A DNA stretch of 63,960 nucleotides, filler included, from Reticulomyxa filosa (GCA_000512085.1; 23 parts of 23 records of this genome joined end to end with filler, not necessarily neighbours in it), one strand, 5' to 3'. Positions 1 through 11,529 are shown, counted from the whole stretch's first letter. The notes: generated by a model not told the origin, from the letters alone. A program made the numbers and translations.

Positions 1-174
1 AAAAAAAAATTTTTTGATAACAAAAAATTGAATTTTCTCAAAAGCTACTCAACGTAGAAGACTAATCTTTTTTTACAAATATCTACTCATTGAGCACTTT
101 CTGAAAATGCTTAAAAAAAAGTTGGCAAATTTCATAGTTACAATACAGTCACATTGTCAACTTTTTCTCGAAAT

Positions 175-310
175 TTTCAAAAATCAATAAAAGTTCAAAT
201 TTTTTAAACAATTAGGAAAGATTTAATAAAAAACTAAATTCAAAATGATATTTAAAAACTACACGATTTGTAGATTTAAAAAAAATAGGTGTGGATGTTG
301 TTTTTTCATG
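175..310 (+). repeat. Dispersed AT-rich repeat, copy 1 (copy 2 at about 32625-32820)
   Basis: AAAAACTAAATTCAAAATGATATTTAAAAA.TACAC.ATTTGTAGAT...TAGGT.TG..TGTTGTTTTTTCATG is shared between about 230-310 and 32731-32818. Confidence 0.7.
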
Positions 311-562
311 AAGAAAACCAATTATCTATATAAGGTGCCGTTTTAGGTCTTTTGCATTCTACTGTATAATATTTATTTTTTTTTGGAAAAAAAGAGGCGG
401 CGCAAATGCAATTATTAGATGAAAATGCTTTTGCAAATACAATTATTTTTTTAGATTGTTGAAGTGATTGTACTTTAATTATCTGATAAGTGAAAAAATC
501 AGAACCAATTTTTTATGAAAATACACACAAGTTACAAAAAAAGGTGAAAAGAAATATTTGGA

Positions 563-2742
563 TTAGGGTTTTTCCCATGATGGTATTCCCCATGAGCAAT
601 CAGTTTCAATTCCCAAATTATTTTGATACATTTCCATTTGGAAAAATCCTTCTTCACCCCAGTACATTCCCCAACTGTTTCGACCAATCCAATACTCAGT
701 TCCGCTGCTAGAATCCAAACCCCATCCAACAACTGCAATTTCGTGATTGATGCTGACATCAGTCAAGTTCTGTGAGTAAATACCACCAGAGTAGGATTCA
801 AACTCGGTTGTTGCATCAATACCGCATGAGATGGGTCCACGTGCAAATAATTCTTGTTTCATTGCGAGTGCTCCTGCCACAGGCCCATATTCACCGACGT
901 AATACAGTGTAAAGTTAGTCACTGGTTCACACGTTCCAGGCCAAAGAGTTTCTGCAGCATAACAAACAAAAGAAAACAACATGTGTTTTTAAAATATGTA
1001 ATTAAAAGTTTAAAAAAAGCAATGATATTTTGTGTTTCATTCGAACCGCTAGTGTTTCCAGGAGAACCTATCCAAATATATACAAAAAGACATTGTAAGA
1101 AGATAGGTCTTTTGTACAAAGCACAAAAATAGAATTACATGTTTCGCAAATGTTAAGATCTGTATTTTCGCCATGTGGATCATTGATAGCTTGATAGAGT
1201 TGGCACGTTTCATGAGGAATACCAGTGTCATGTGCATACTTGTACACCAAGATTGGAGTCCCACCGTTGCACGTTCCTATATTATTTGTCGTATGTTACA
1301 TATAATATAAAAGGTCACGTTTCGTCGTACAAACAAGCAACACATTAACAAAATCTACAGACAAACTAAACCTCCTGCATTTTGATTAATAAGGACTTGA
1401 GGTGACAGATTGATTCCCGGCCACAAGTTTTCTCCTTTTTGATAGCGCAGTACATTGAATCTGTCACTAAGGCTGGAGGTTGTGCCAAATGCCTATTTTC
1501 ATTTTTTTTTTCCCCCCCCCCCTACATTCATGAAAAGTATGTAATTACAAAAAAATACAAAGTATAAAAAACCTAACCCAACAACTGCCGCAATCTATAT
1601 ATTGTTTCAAAATTCCCAATTTTATCAAAACACAAAAATTTTATTATTAATATTATTCTTTACCTCCCCTTCTCATTCAAACATAAGACTAAACATTGTG
1701 GAATATGTTGATTTCTTGGCAAGGTAAGCAAATTGGTTCCGTCAATGTTTCCCCAGAAAAAGTCAGTTGGTAAATCGCTTTCTTTAATGTAGTCTTGAGG
1801 ACGTGGTGATTTGACGTGTTCTCCGCCAACAAGGGTCCAGTCATTGCTTGGTGGACGGCAGGTCGACATCAATGTTGGTGACGAACGCACTTTTTGTTGT
1901 TCGGCTTGGGCATTCTTTTTTTCAGGTTGTTTCACTTCTTTTTGTTTTTCGTGTTGAAAGTGTGACGTATAGTTACTCGCGTTGACAAGCACAGGCGCTT
2001 CAGCCGGGGTTGCCCAGTTGCATAATTCCTCAATTCCCAAGTTGTTTGTACCTTTCACAATTCGGAAATAGCCATTGTTTCCCCAAAATGTTCCCCAACT
2101 ATTGCGACCTTTTTTTTTTTCCCCCCCCCCCATCAGTGCAGGATAACAACAAACCAAATTTTATTTTTTATGAAAGAGGGACTAATATGTAACAATAACA
2201 ATATACATCCATTCAATCAATAGACATTCATTTCATAAAACAACATCAAATCAAACAAAAAACAACAACACATGAGAGATAACACACCGATCCAATATTC
2301 GGTTCCGTCTTCTTCACCATAACCGACCAAGCTGATGACATGGTCCAAGGACGTATCACCGGTCGTGTCATTAAAGATGGAAAATCCTTCATACATTTCA
2401 AACTCCTCCGTTACTGCCATGTAGCAGATGATGGGACCGTCTTGCAACGCCTTTTTTTTTTAAAACAAAAAAAATTTCCAATTAACAAAAAAAATTACAC
2501 AATGCGAGTATGGATACATCCAACATTTCAATTCCCCTTCGGGTTGTTTTTGTCAGTGATTCATATGTAATATTTACTTTTGTTTGTATGAGCATATTCT
2601 ATAACTTGCATCATTTGTGTGACATTGTTTTGAATGGTTCCAATTTCGGTGATGTTCCATACTTGGTAAGGACTTTGTGCCCAGCAATGTTTTGGATCGG
2701 GTGCGCAATTCTTGCAAACTGTGATTGCTTCACATTTGTTAC
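563..2742 (-). CDS. CTSZ: Tandem two-domain cathepsin Z/X-like papain (C1A) cysteine protease, 5'-truncated, multi-exon
   Basis: GT-AG exons: 2742-2606, 2450-2288, 2108-1695, 1594-1578, 1492-1372, 1276-1139, 1067-1047, 951-563. Domain 1 ends DHVISLVGYG..YWIGRNSWG..NNLGIE. Domain 2 has RNQHIPQYCGSCWAFG (cathepsin Z HIP mini-loop plus catalytic Cys), NHEIAVVGWG and YWIGRNSWG. Confidence 0.92.
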
Positions 2743-2822
2743 CTTTAATTTTTTAATAGCAAGCAACAATATTAAGAGGGGGGGTAGGATACGTTGGAGA
2801 GGTGAAATAGGAAAGAGGGGGG

Positions 2823-2922
2823 NNNNNNNNNNNNNNNNNNNNNNNNNNNNNNNNNNNNNNNNNNNNTTAATTAATTAANNNNNNNNNNNNNNNNNNNNNN
2901 NNNNNNNNNNNNNNNNNNNNNN
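2823..2922. other. Artificial contig spacer (44 N + TTAATTAATTAA + 44 N), first of 22
   Basis: Identical 100-bp spacers with stops in all six frames start at 2823, 4946, 6801, 9903, 13591, 14953, 21379, 23221, 25036, 27969, 29655, 30967, 32214, 33448, 35382, 39080, 41505, 50356, 52069, 53205, 57863 and 62815. Confidence 0.98.
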
Positions 2923-3684
2923 GTCAAATTAAAACAGCAAGGAACAATTAATATTAATTTGCCAAAGCATACAACATTTGAACAAATATATGAAAAAGGG
3001 ACAAAAGAATTACAGACACAATTGACAACATATTGGGATTATAACACAACTAAAATACTTCAACACAAATATCCAGAGCTAATTGATGAATGGAGTTGGA
3101 ATATAGTAGATCGTGTGATGAATTTAAAACCAATGTCATTGAATGAATGCTGTGAAATTAGTTTAATAGTTGGCTATAAAGATTATAAATTTTATTTGAG
3201 TTTGTGTAAAACATCTACTTCTATTTTGATAAGACTTGACAATCGATGGATGGGTACTGTTCCATTGAATACACCTCATCTGAAGAAAGTAATATCAATA
3301 AATGGGAACAACTATGAAGCAATACAACCATATTTAGTTGCATTTTTTCCATGTGATAGTTCAAATATCGAACAAAATAAGGAATGGTTAAAAAATTATA
3401 TTAAATATGCAATTGAGTTAAGAAACAGTGATAGTACTGAAAGTATGGAACACTTGTATGGTAATGTTAGCAAGCCACATAGCGTCCTTCCTCTTGAAGG
3501 TGGTTGGCCATCAACCACAAAGAATTGGCCATATCGCCCAATACAAACAGATATAAATGAGTGTTATTTACGAAATCATAATGTCGGATATCGAATTCGT
3601 TTAGGTGATAACATTTACCAATGGTTCCGTGATCAAGAAAGAAAGTTTTGTATCAAACACAGGAGCACCAAGAAAAATTCGTAA
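2923..3684 (+). CDS. Hypothetical protein, 5'-truncated; possible CE-clan protease-like motif order
   Basis: Frame is open from the contig start to TAA at 3684 (>240 aa) in AT-rich DNA, with globular composition. Confidence 0.65.
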   Translation, partial: VKLKQQGTININLPKHTTFEQIYEKGTKELQTQLTTYWDYNTTKILQHKYPELIDEWSWNIVDRVMNLKPMSLNECCEISLIVGYKDYKFYLSLCKTSTSILIRLDNRWMGTVPLNTPHLKKVISINGNNYEAIQPYLVAFFPCDSSNIEQNKEWLKNYIKYAIELRNSDSTESMEHLYGNVSKPHSVLPLEGGWPSTTKNWPYRPIQTDINECYLRNHNVGYRIRLGDNIYQWFRDQERKFCIKHRSTKKNS

Positions 3685-4057
3685 GAAGATCATCAAGGAT
3701 ATATTCCCGTCATAAAAATTCAACTTAAGTTGTTTGAAAATTTTCAGCAGCTGAAAGTTTTATTTGATGGATGCGTTCTGTTGGTAAGTCCTTTTTTTTG
3801 AATTCTCATTTTATTGGAATATTTTTTTTCATTTTTATGCAACAAAGTTTAGGCGTCATATTAATTAAAATTAAAAAAAATGTCTCAGAACCAAGAATAT
3901 CGTTCACAATTTTTTTTTGAAAAAAAGGTGACCATATTTGTAAATTTAAAGTTAGAGAATTATAATGGAAACAAGGATATGCACATGAAATACTATTGTG
4001 TAATTTTGATAGTACATCAAAAATCAGTACCTCGTATTGATTATAAGAAAAATTTAG

Positions 4058-4933
4058 TTACAATAATCCCCACAATCGAATTGTTTTTCTACTTGAGCAA
4101 GATGCAATAGTGTTTCCATCTAGTGAAACATCTATTCTTATCACTCTCGATGAATGTCCTTTCAATGTTTGAATTTCTATTCCAAGTTTTAAATTCCATA
4201 ACCGTATTGTTGTGTCATCTGAACATGATACTATAGTTTCTCCGTCTGGAAAAAATGTTACATCATTAACAATGTCCGAATGTCCTTCCAATACTTTAAT
4301 TTCTACTCTTGATATTGTATCCCATATTCGAATTGTTTTGTCAGTTGAACAAGAAGCAATTGTTTGACCATCTGGTGAATATTGTACTCTAAGCACATGC
4401 CCATTATGTTTACATAATTCGCCTATTCTTTGTGTATGCAATATATCCCATATTCCAATTGTTTTATCACAAGCAGATACAAGAAATTGACCATTTGGAG
4501 AAAATTGCACATCATTTACTTCTTTTAAATGTTCAAATCTCTTTATTTCTTCTCCAGATTTCGCATCCCATAATCGAATTGTACGATCTTTTGAACTTGA
4601 AGCAACAAGTGTTCCATCTGGTGAAAAACTTGCACTTGTTACATTGTCAAAATGTCCTTCAAATTTTCTTATTTCCTTTCTTGATCTAACATCCCATAAT
4701 CGAATTGTTCGATCATCTGAACATGACACTATCATTTTTCCATCTGATGAAAATTGAGCATTATTAACGATACCTAAATGCCCATACAATGAGTGGAGTC
4801 GTTTTCCTAATATTCTAATTTTTTTATCTGCTGATGATGAAATAACTTTTGTTCCATCAGGTGAAAATTTAATGCTGTTCACAGACTTTGGATGTGCATG
4901 GCATTCTTTTAATAATTTGAAATATTTCACTGA
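4058..4933 (-). CDS. WD40-repeat protein (about 7 repeats), last exon
   Basis: Repeated GH..V....FSPDG..I.S.S.D.TIRLWD units; AG acceptor at 4934-4935. Confidence 0.93.
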   Translation of the reverse strand, partial: SVKYFKLLKECHAHPKSVNSIKFSPDGTKVISSSADKKIRILGKRLHSLYGHLGIVNNAQFSSDGKMIVSCSDDRTIRLWDVRSRKEIRKFEGHFDNVTSASFSPDGTLVASSSKDRTIRLWDAKSGEEIKRFEHLKEVNDVQFSPNGQFLVSACDKTIGIWDILHTQRIGELCKHNGHVLRVQYSPDGQTIASCSTDKTIRIWDTISRVEIKVLEGHSDIVNDVTFFPDGETIVSCSDDTTIRLWNLKLGIEIQTLKGHSSRVIRIDVSLDGNTIASCSSRKTIRLWGLL

Positions 4934-5045
4934 CTATTTTTTTTTNNNNNNNNNNNNNNNNNNNNNNNNNNNNNNNNNNNNNNNNNNNNTTAATTAATTA
5001 ANNNNNNNNNNNNNNNNNNNNNNNNNNNNNNNNNNNNNNNNNNNN

Positions 5046-5748
5046 TGAAAGAGAAAACATGGAATGAATGCAAATTTACATTGCCAATGAAAATATATGC
5101 ATCTTTTTCAATTTTGAGTAATGATAATACAAATGTTCATATAATGAATCAGATTCATGCGTTTGATAACAAAGTGTTGAAAGGCTTTAATGTATTGAAT
5201 TCTAAATTACAAAAATTAATTGAAGAAAATCAGAAATGGATAGAAAAAGAATGGAATGAGTTAGAAAAAAAATGGAATAAATGGAATTCACAAGAAATTG
5301 TCATTTTCATTGGACATACTTTGAAATGTAAAAATCAAAAATAAATCAATATAATACGATTATTAAAGAAAAAAAAGTTGATGGAATGTCTTCATTAAAA
5401 ATGTCAAAAAACGATTGGATGGATATATTTGAAACATTTTCTCAGGCTTGTATTATTCATGATACATTTAATCAAATTTGTAAAAGATACCCAAATGATG
5501 TTATTGATCCTAATAAATGCATTACATATCAAGATATTCTAAAAGAATATATATGTCCATTATCTATTTCTATTATGAAAGATCCTGTAATTGCTTTAAA
5601 TGGAATAACATATGATCGATCATCAATTATGAATCAATATCAAAATATTCCAAATTATTATTCTTTAATGATAGATGGAAATTTAGAACTTTATCCTGAT
5701 ATTTCTTTGCAACAAAAAATCAAATATTTTTTGAAAAGTTCAAAGTGA
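5046..5748 (+). CDS. U-box E3 ligase-like protein with upstream SAM-like segment; partial, 1-nt frameshift near 5330-5344
   Basis: EYICPLSISIMKDPVIALNGITYDRSSI..LYPDISLQQKI is a U-box. Adding one A in the A-run joins ORFs 5081 and 5386 as KWNSQEIVIFI...IKEKKVDGMSSLKMSKNDW, which is SAM-like. Confidence 0.75.
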
Positions 5749-6429
5749 TTTTCATTTTTTTTGTGTGACGGTTCTTGTCTTGGATTAAGTAAACATGATG
5801 TAATCACAAATCAACCAAAACTAAAAAAAGATTAATGAAAATAATGTAATTGAATTGAAAGAACTTTATTAAGCAATACTATTTTCAAGCTAAATGCTCA
5901 ATTCCCAAATAAGATCAAACAATGATCAACTAACAAAAAGACACTCTATCTTATTGTTGTATTCAAGCAGGACTTGGACGAGTTGTTCTTGCATTAGAAA
6001 AATAGTGTCACTTTGTGACAGCATAATGTGTAACTGTCCGCTAATGTGAATTCAAAGAATTGTCAATTACTTGATCTCTCCATCCATTTCAAACAATAGA
6101 TGTCTTTTCCTCGTCACCAGCTTGTACTTATCATTAAATATCTATTTCACTGATTATATAAAATCTGTTCCTCATTTTTAAAAAAAACAAAAATACAGAA
6201 TGTTCCAAGAGTACAAAGGGTAATTGAGTAAATCTGCACTTATTCTTTTTTTTTGGTTGTAATCTGTTGTTAACACAAGATAATACGTATAAAAAAAAAG
6301 TAATGTAATTTGGAGCTTGTTCACACAAAATGTCAATTGATTGAAATAAATGATTTATTAAGTATAGAGTCAGTTGCAAACAAATAAATTTCGCATTTTA
6401 GAGGCAAAAAATAAAAAAATAAAAAAATA

Positions 6430-6576
6430 GATAGCGAATACCACCTAATCATTTCTGATTAGATGGTATATTACGTTATCACCGCATCTTTATCCTTGTC
6501 TAGTCACACCAAGTGATTATAACACGGAAATCGGATGTTGAGGTGATATTTTCGGCCTTTTGGTCCTGATTTCTAG
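6430..6576 (+). other. Palindrome-rich structured non-coding element (three consecutive hairpins)
   Basis: Stems GATAGCG/CGTTATC, TACCA/TGGTA, CTAATCA/TGATTAG; ATCACC/GGTGAT, GCATC/GATGT, TAGTCAC/GTGATTA; GGCC-TTTT-GGTC followed by CTAGT. Confidence 0.45.
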
Positions 6577-6931
6577 TTATCCTATTCCAATTTTCATTCA
6601 TCACACTTTTTCTTTTTATTTTTTCTTGCACATTGCACAAATGCAGCTACAACTCTTTGCAAAAAAGAGTCAGTAGTTTTTTTTGAAAGAAAATGATTAT
6701 CTCACATTAAAAAGAAAGAATATGATGTGATATAATTAATGAGAAAGAGATAGATGCATTGAATATTTTTTATTTTTTTGAAATCGAAAACGTTTTTTTT
6801 NNNNNNNNNNNNNNNNNNNNNNNNNNNNNNNNNNNNNNNNNNNNTTAATTAATTAANNNNNNNNNNNNNNNNNNNNNNNNNNNNNNNNNNNNNNNNNNNN
6901 AAAAAAAAAAAAAATCATATAATTGTATGCA

Positions 6932-9844
6932 TTAATTACCAGTGTGATAAGTAGATTGATTCATACGAACAATTCCAACAGCACCTCCATATAACGCGTA
7001 ATTCGACGCAAAAGTACATTGCTCCGTTATCCAATTGATGCATCGTACGTCTTGATACACACCCACAAAAATGGCTCCACCTTTTCCATTGACCGCGCTA
7101 TTGTTTGCAAATATGGTGCTCGAGATCGTGATATTCGGACAAAAGTGCTGTGCCTCTCTCGCCGTTGGCGCCAACGTCGGGGCGTATGTCGTTATTGGGG
7201 CGGCTGTCGGACTGAACTTAACAGTGGGTGATGTCACCGGTGAGCCTGTCGGAATCTGGGCAAGTTGTCGTGTCGTCGACAACAGGGTCCTTCGCAATGT
7301 TTGCACTGGACGTTGTTCTGCTTGCTCGTTGATCGACATGTCGATTTCAAAAGACAAGGCCCCGCCCGTGCCATTGATCACCGAGTTTTGTATGAACGTG
7401 CACTGATCGAAATTGATATTACCTCCAGCATTCAAGAGTACCCATAGAGCGCCGTGTTGGAGCTTTGCCGAATTGTTGTAAAAGCTGCAAGACGCAAGTG
7501 TTAACACTGCTTTGCCACTTTGCATGTACATTGCACCTGCAGAAAAGGCTGCCTTGTTGTTCAAAAACGTTGTGTTTTCAATTGTTATTTTGCGACGAAG
7601 TTGTAACTGATTTTGGAAGTCCTATTTTTTTATATATGTACGTATACACACATAAATACATATAACAATAATATACATATATACATATATATATATATAT
7701 GTATATGTATATGTATTATATGTGTATGTGTATATTGATCATCTTACCTGATTATTGTTTCGTTCATTATATTCAAACCAGAACGCACCTCCATTACTTT
7801 TGGAAATGTGATGGGAAAAGTCACAGTTGTCAATGTGCAAAATATGATAATTGAGAGTGGGTAAATTGTCGAAGCTCGCGTTAATATATGTGGAATTGTG
7901 AGCGTCCAACACATAGTTCAGATACACTGCTCCGCCGTTTTGGTTGTCATTGACGACGGAATTGCGTTGAAATTGGCTGTTGATCCAGTACAGCTCGTGG
8001 TCCAATGGCATTGGAGAGTTGTCAGGAGGCGTCGGGGGCGACACTACCTGTTTGCCTCCAGTCGTGTTATGATATACAAAGAGATGAAGCGCTCCTCCAC
8101 CACCAATTACATTTCCATCATTCTTTTTTTTTTTTTTTTTGGATAAAACAGTTTTGATTTAAAAAATAAAAATAAAAATAAAAATAAAATATACATATAT
8201 ATGTATACACATATACGAACAAACAAAAGGAAAAAAAAAAAAAAAAAACTTAATGGGCTGTCCGGGAAAATCGGGAGTGGCACTGTTTTCTTCAAAAGTG
8301 CAATTGTCCACATAAAGCCTCAGCCCAGCAATCAATGACAGACTAGGTAGACTGTGATTTGTGAGATTGACCATACCGGCGATATGCATGGAACTGTGAA
8401 AGTGCAGTACGCCGCCGTTTTTCCAAACGGTGTTTTGTGTGAACCGGCTGTTCGTAATGGACATGAGCCCAAACGTATCCATCGCACTTTCGACAGTTAA
8501 CACTCCACCCGCAAAGGTATTCCAGTTGTTGAAGAAATGACTGTTGTCAATCCAAACCACGGACGTCTCAATGTCGTTGTAATGATAGAAATCGCCTCCC
8601 GCATTGTCAAGTTCATCAAAGCGGTTTTCTTCTGAAAACAACAGGATTATGTTTCCGCTAAAGTAAGAGCTGTTGGGTGATGTTTGGACCATGACATCCG
8701 TGTACTCATTGTTTATCAACTGTAATGCGGTGTCACTTAAGTATATTATCGCTCCACTTTCACTCACTGTCAGATTTGTGAAGGTGCAATTATGGAACGC
8801 CAGCTGGGATCACATACATATATCAAGTTAAGAGAGTTTGATTATTTGACTCCACTTTGCTTGTTTGCATTATGTAAACAACAACAATAACAATACAAAA
8901 CTTGTGCAGGGGGATCAAACTCTGGATTCGCAGCCACACTCTGAAAAAAAAATCCTTGCGAGAGCCAGTTGTTGGTGAAACGGGAGTCGCGAAATGAATA
9001 ACAATGATGAGCAAAGGGAATGGTATCATTGAGGAAAGGGTCGGTCAATGACATGGTTTCCCAATAAAACAAAGCGAACCGTGTGCCAATCCCCAGCGAA
9101 TAATAATCGGATTGCACTGCCGACCCCGAACTGGTCAAAGGGACGCCTGTATCCAGCCAAAATCCCTCAGCTTCAACGTTCCAAAAGGATACATTGTCAC
9201 TGTTGGTCACATGCACGAATGTAAACGTCTCATTGGAACGCCACGATGGAGATGTCTTTTTGGGAGTCTTACTATTTTATTTTTTTTTTTTTTTTGGCGT
9301 ATGGTGGTGCAAACATAACAATTGACAAAAATAAATTGAAAAAAAAGCAAAACTTTTTAAAGTAATAGCGATCGACAAAGACAATGTTTTCAAATCGAAT
9401 GTTTTTGGAATGCCTAATGTTGATAATGCTACTGTGAGATGCCCACATGGGATCGCTGAAATCAACCTCAAAATAAGCCATAGACGAATTAACGGAACTC
9501 TGGTAATCCCACGCAACAATAGTGAGGTCGGTTTTGTTGATGATGTCAATGGTGTAATTCAAGGTGTAATTGCCACTTTCGATGACAATGATCTCCCCTG
9601 GACCCTTGACTGCCCCGATGGCGTAGTTCAAATTCACGCAGGTGGTGTACGTGGGAGACGGCGTTGGAATGCCCGTCGGCGCCGGAGTTGGATTGGCCGT
9701 GGGATAGCGAGTGGGAGCGCTGCTGGGATTTTGCGAAGGAGTGCGGCTTGGCACTCGTGTGGGACTCCATGTCGGAGCCCTGCTTGGCGAGCGTGTGGGC
9801 GGTTTCGTCGGAGCCTCTGCACAAATCATGACAATCAACGACAA
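6932..9844 (-). CDS. Large surface/adhesin-like protein with POMP-type beta-helix repeats (FxxN...GGA[IVL]) and PT-rich mucin-like repeats; internal multi-exon fragment
   Basis: Minus-strand exons carry FTQNTVWKNGGVL, FQRNS..NGGAVY, FIQNS..GTGGAL, FANNSA..KGGAIF and FASNYALYGGAV, plus PTxxPT repeats at about 9660-9810 and 7160-7250. Confidence 0.8.
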
Positions 9845-10510
9845 TGAAAGAAGAGAAGGGAAAAAAAAAAAAAAAAAAAAAAAAAAAAGACAAAAAAAAA
9901 AANNNNNNNNNNNNNNNNNNNNNNNNNNNNNNNNNNNNNNNNNNNNTTAATTAATTAANNNNNNNNNNNNNNNNNNNNNNNNNNNNNNNNNNNNNNNNNN
10001 NNAAAGTTCTGCTTTCTCTGCTACTCCTCTGATGAGAGAAGACTAATTTTGTATTTACTTTGTGTTTGAAAAAGGATTTATTTGATGAAAGCTTGGACGT
10101 GAAGTACAAACAAACTCAAGCGAGTAGTATTACTTCAAACTTTTCACAAATAACGGCTTCGAACTCTAATGTCAATGGCTCCATTGTAGCTCCCATTGAA
10201 CTTGACTAAATATCAATTTCCGGCAATTCTTACTTTACACATATTTGTTTTATTATGTTTATCAAAAATAATGCTTGTTGTCTGTTATTTGTTCGTTTTT
10301 TTATTTGTTTGTTTGTCACTTGACTGTTTTTCAATTACTTTTCAATATGTTCTTCCACATCCTCCTTTTTTTCTGTCAAAAAAAAAAAAAAAATAATCTT
10401 CTTCATTTTAACTGTTTATTTGATAATAAAATTCACGTAATATCGTAAGATAATACTTTCTTCTAACTGACATTATCTTTTCTATTCTTTCGCATGAAAA
10501 AAAAATAATG

Positions 10511-10580
10511 TGCCTGGGCGGGATTCGAACCCGTATTATTCTCATATAAATGAGATGCCCTCCAATAGGGTAACGCAGAA
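10511..10580 (-). tRNA. tRNA-like element or tRNA pseudogene (possibly Ile-TAT derived)
   Basis: Minus strand: CCCT-ATTGG-AGGG arm, TCTCA-TTTATA-TGAGA arm, CGGG-TTCGAAT-CCCG T-arm (perfect B box), then a T-run terminator. Acceptor stem is mismatched and the anticodon loop is 6 nt. Confidence 0.5.
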
Positions 10581-10784
10581 AAAGCTTGTAAGTAATACAT
10601 TATTCTTTGTCCACATGAAGAAGCTAAAGTTAATTTTTAGATTGTGCTGTGTCTTTAAATGGCAACGAGCTCAAACAGACTTAAAAAAAAAAAACGTTGT
10701 GTTAAAAATAGAACTAATTGATTGGTCCCAATGATCAAACTCTTTTTATATTGAAGATTGGAACGGATCATTGGCAATAACATC

Positions 10785-11529
10785 TCAAAAAAAAAAAAAA
10801 AAAATTTTGAAACATTCACGCTTTGATCTTTTTTTCGAAGAACTCATAATAATAAAAGTTTGAACCAAACTAACACAAATGAGTATAGCGGCCTCAACCA
10901 AGGTCCACCAACTGAGACGCTGATAAGTGGACTTAGTAGTTTTCTGATGTCTGTCCAAGCGGCTTTTGTGGTAACTGACTTGATCACTCAACTCTACCAA
11001 TCCTCTTTTCAGCTGTGCTACGCCCTCATCGATCGTTGTAATATGATTTTCTTTGACTACGTTTTTCATTTCAAACTTGTGCCCTACATGGACTCCAAAC
11101 TCCACTGTTGTCAACTTATTGTCTACTCAGCAAATTACACATGCTCATTTTTAGGAGTGGGTCATACTGAGATGAAAACTATCGCCCCTCTTTTTTTTTT
11201 TTTTTTGTAAATTACTTTTTATTAAATAACTTACCACCGTTGTGAAAACAAATAGTGTAAAAACCATCTTCCAACGCTGCAAATGTGAATGAATCCGAAG
11301 AAGTTTGGAGCAATCGCAGTATGGTTTTTTCTTCTGAATCCCACACTCCCACGTCCAACAAAACATCGCCACTCGTTACACTGAATGTCCCATGTATTTT
11401 GTCACCCGTTTGAGCGCTTTCGAAGAAGCATTCTTCATCTCCGCTTCGGACTAGGGCAGTGAGACTAAACACATGAAAAACCTGGTATGAAAAAATGAGT
11501 AATAGAGAGAACAGTGGGAAGAATTTCAT
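10785..11529 (-). CDS. emp24/gp25L/p24 (TMED) cargo receptor, multi-exon
   Basis: Signal peptide, EECFFE..GDKIHGTFSV..DGFYTICFHN GOLD domain, coiled coil, STYQRLSWWTLVEAAILICVSLVQ TM and basic tail. Confidence 0.9.

Noticed and set aside
2867-2878. Recurring TTAATTAATTAA flanked by N (CRISPR-like or telomere-like periodicity; ORFs ending 'LIN')
   Set aside because: It is an artificial six-frame-stop scaffolding linker of fixed 100-bp length.
6548-6590. TCGGCCTTTTGG matching the 5' end of U2 snRNA
   Set aside because: The branch-point-pairing GTGTAGTA and downstream U2 structure are absent.
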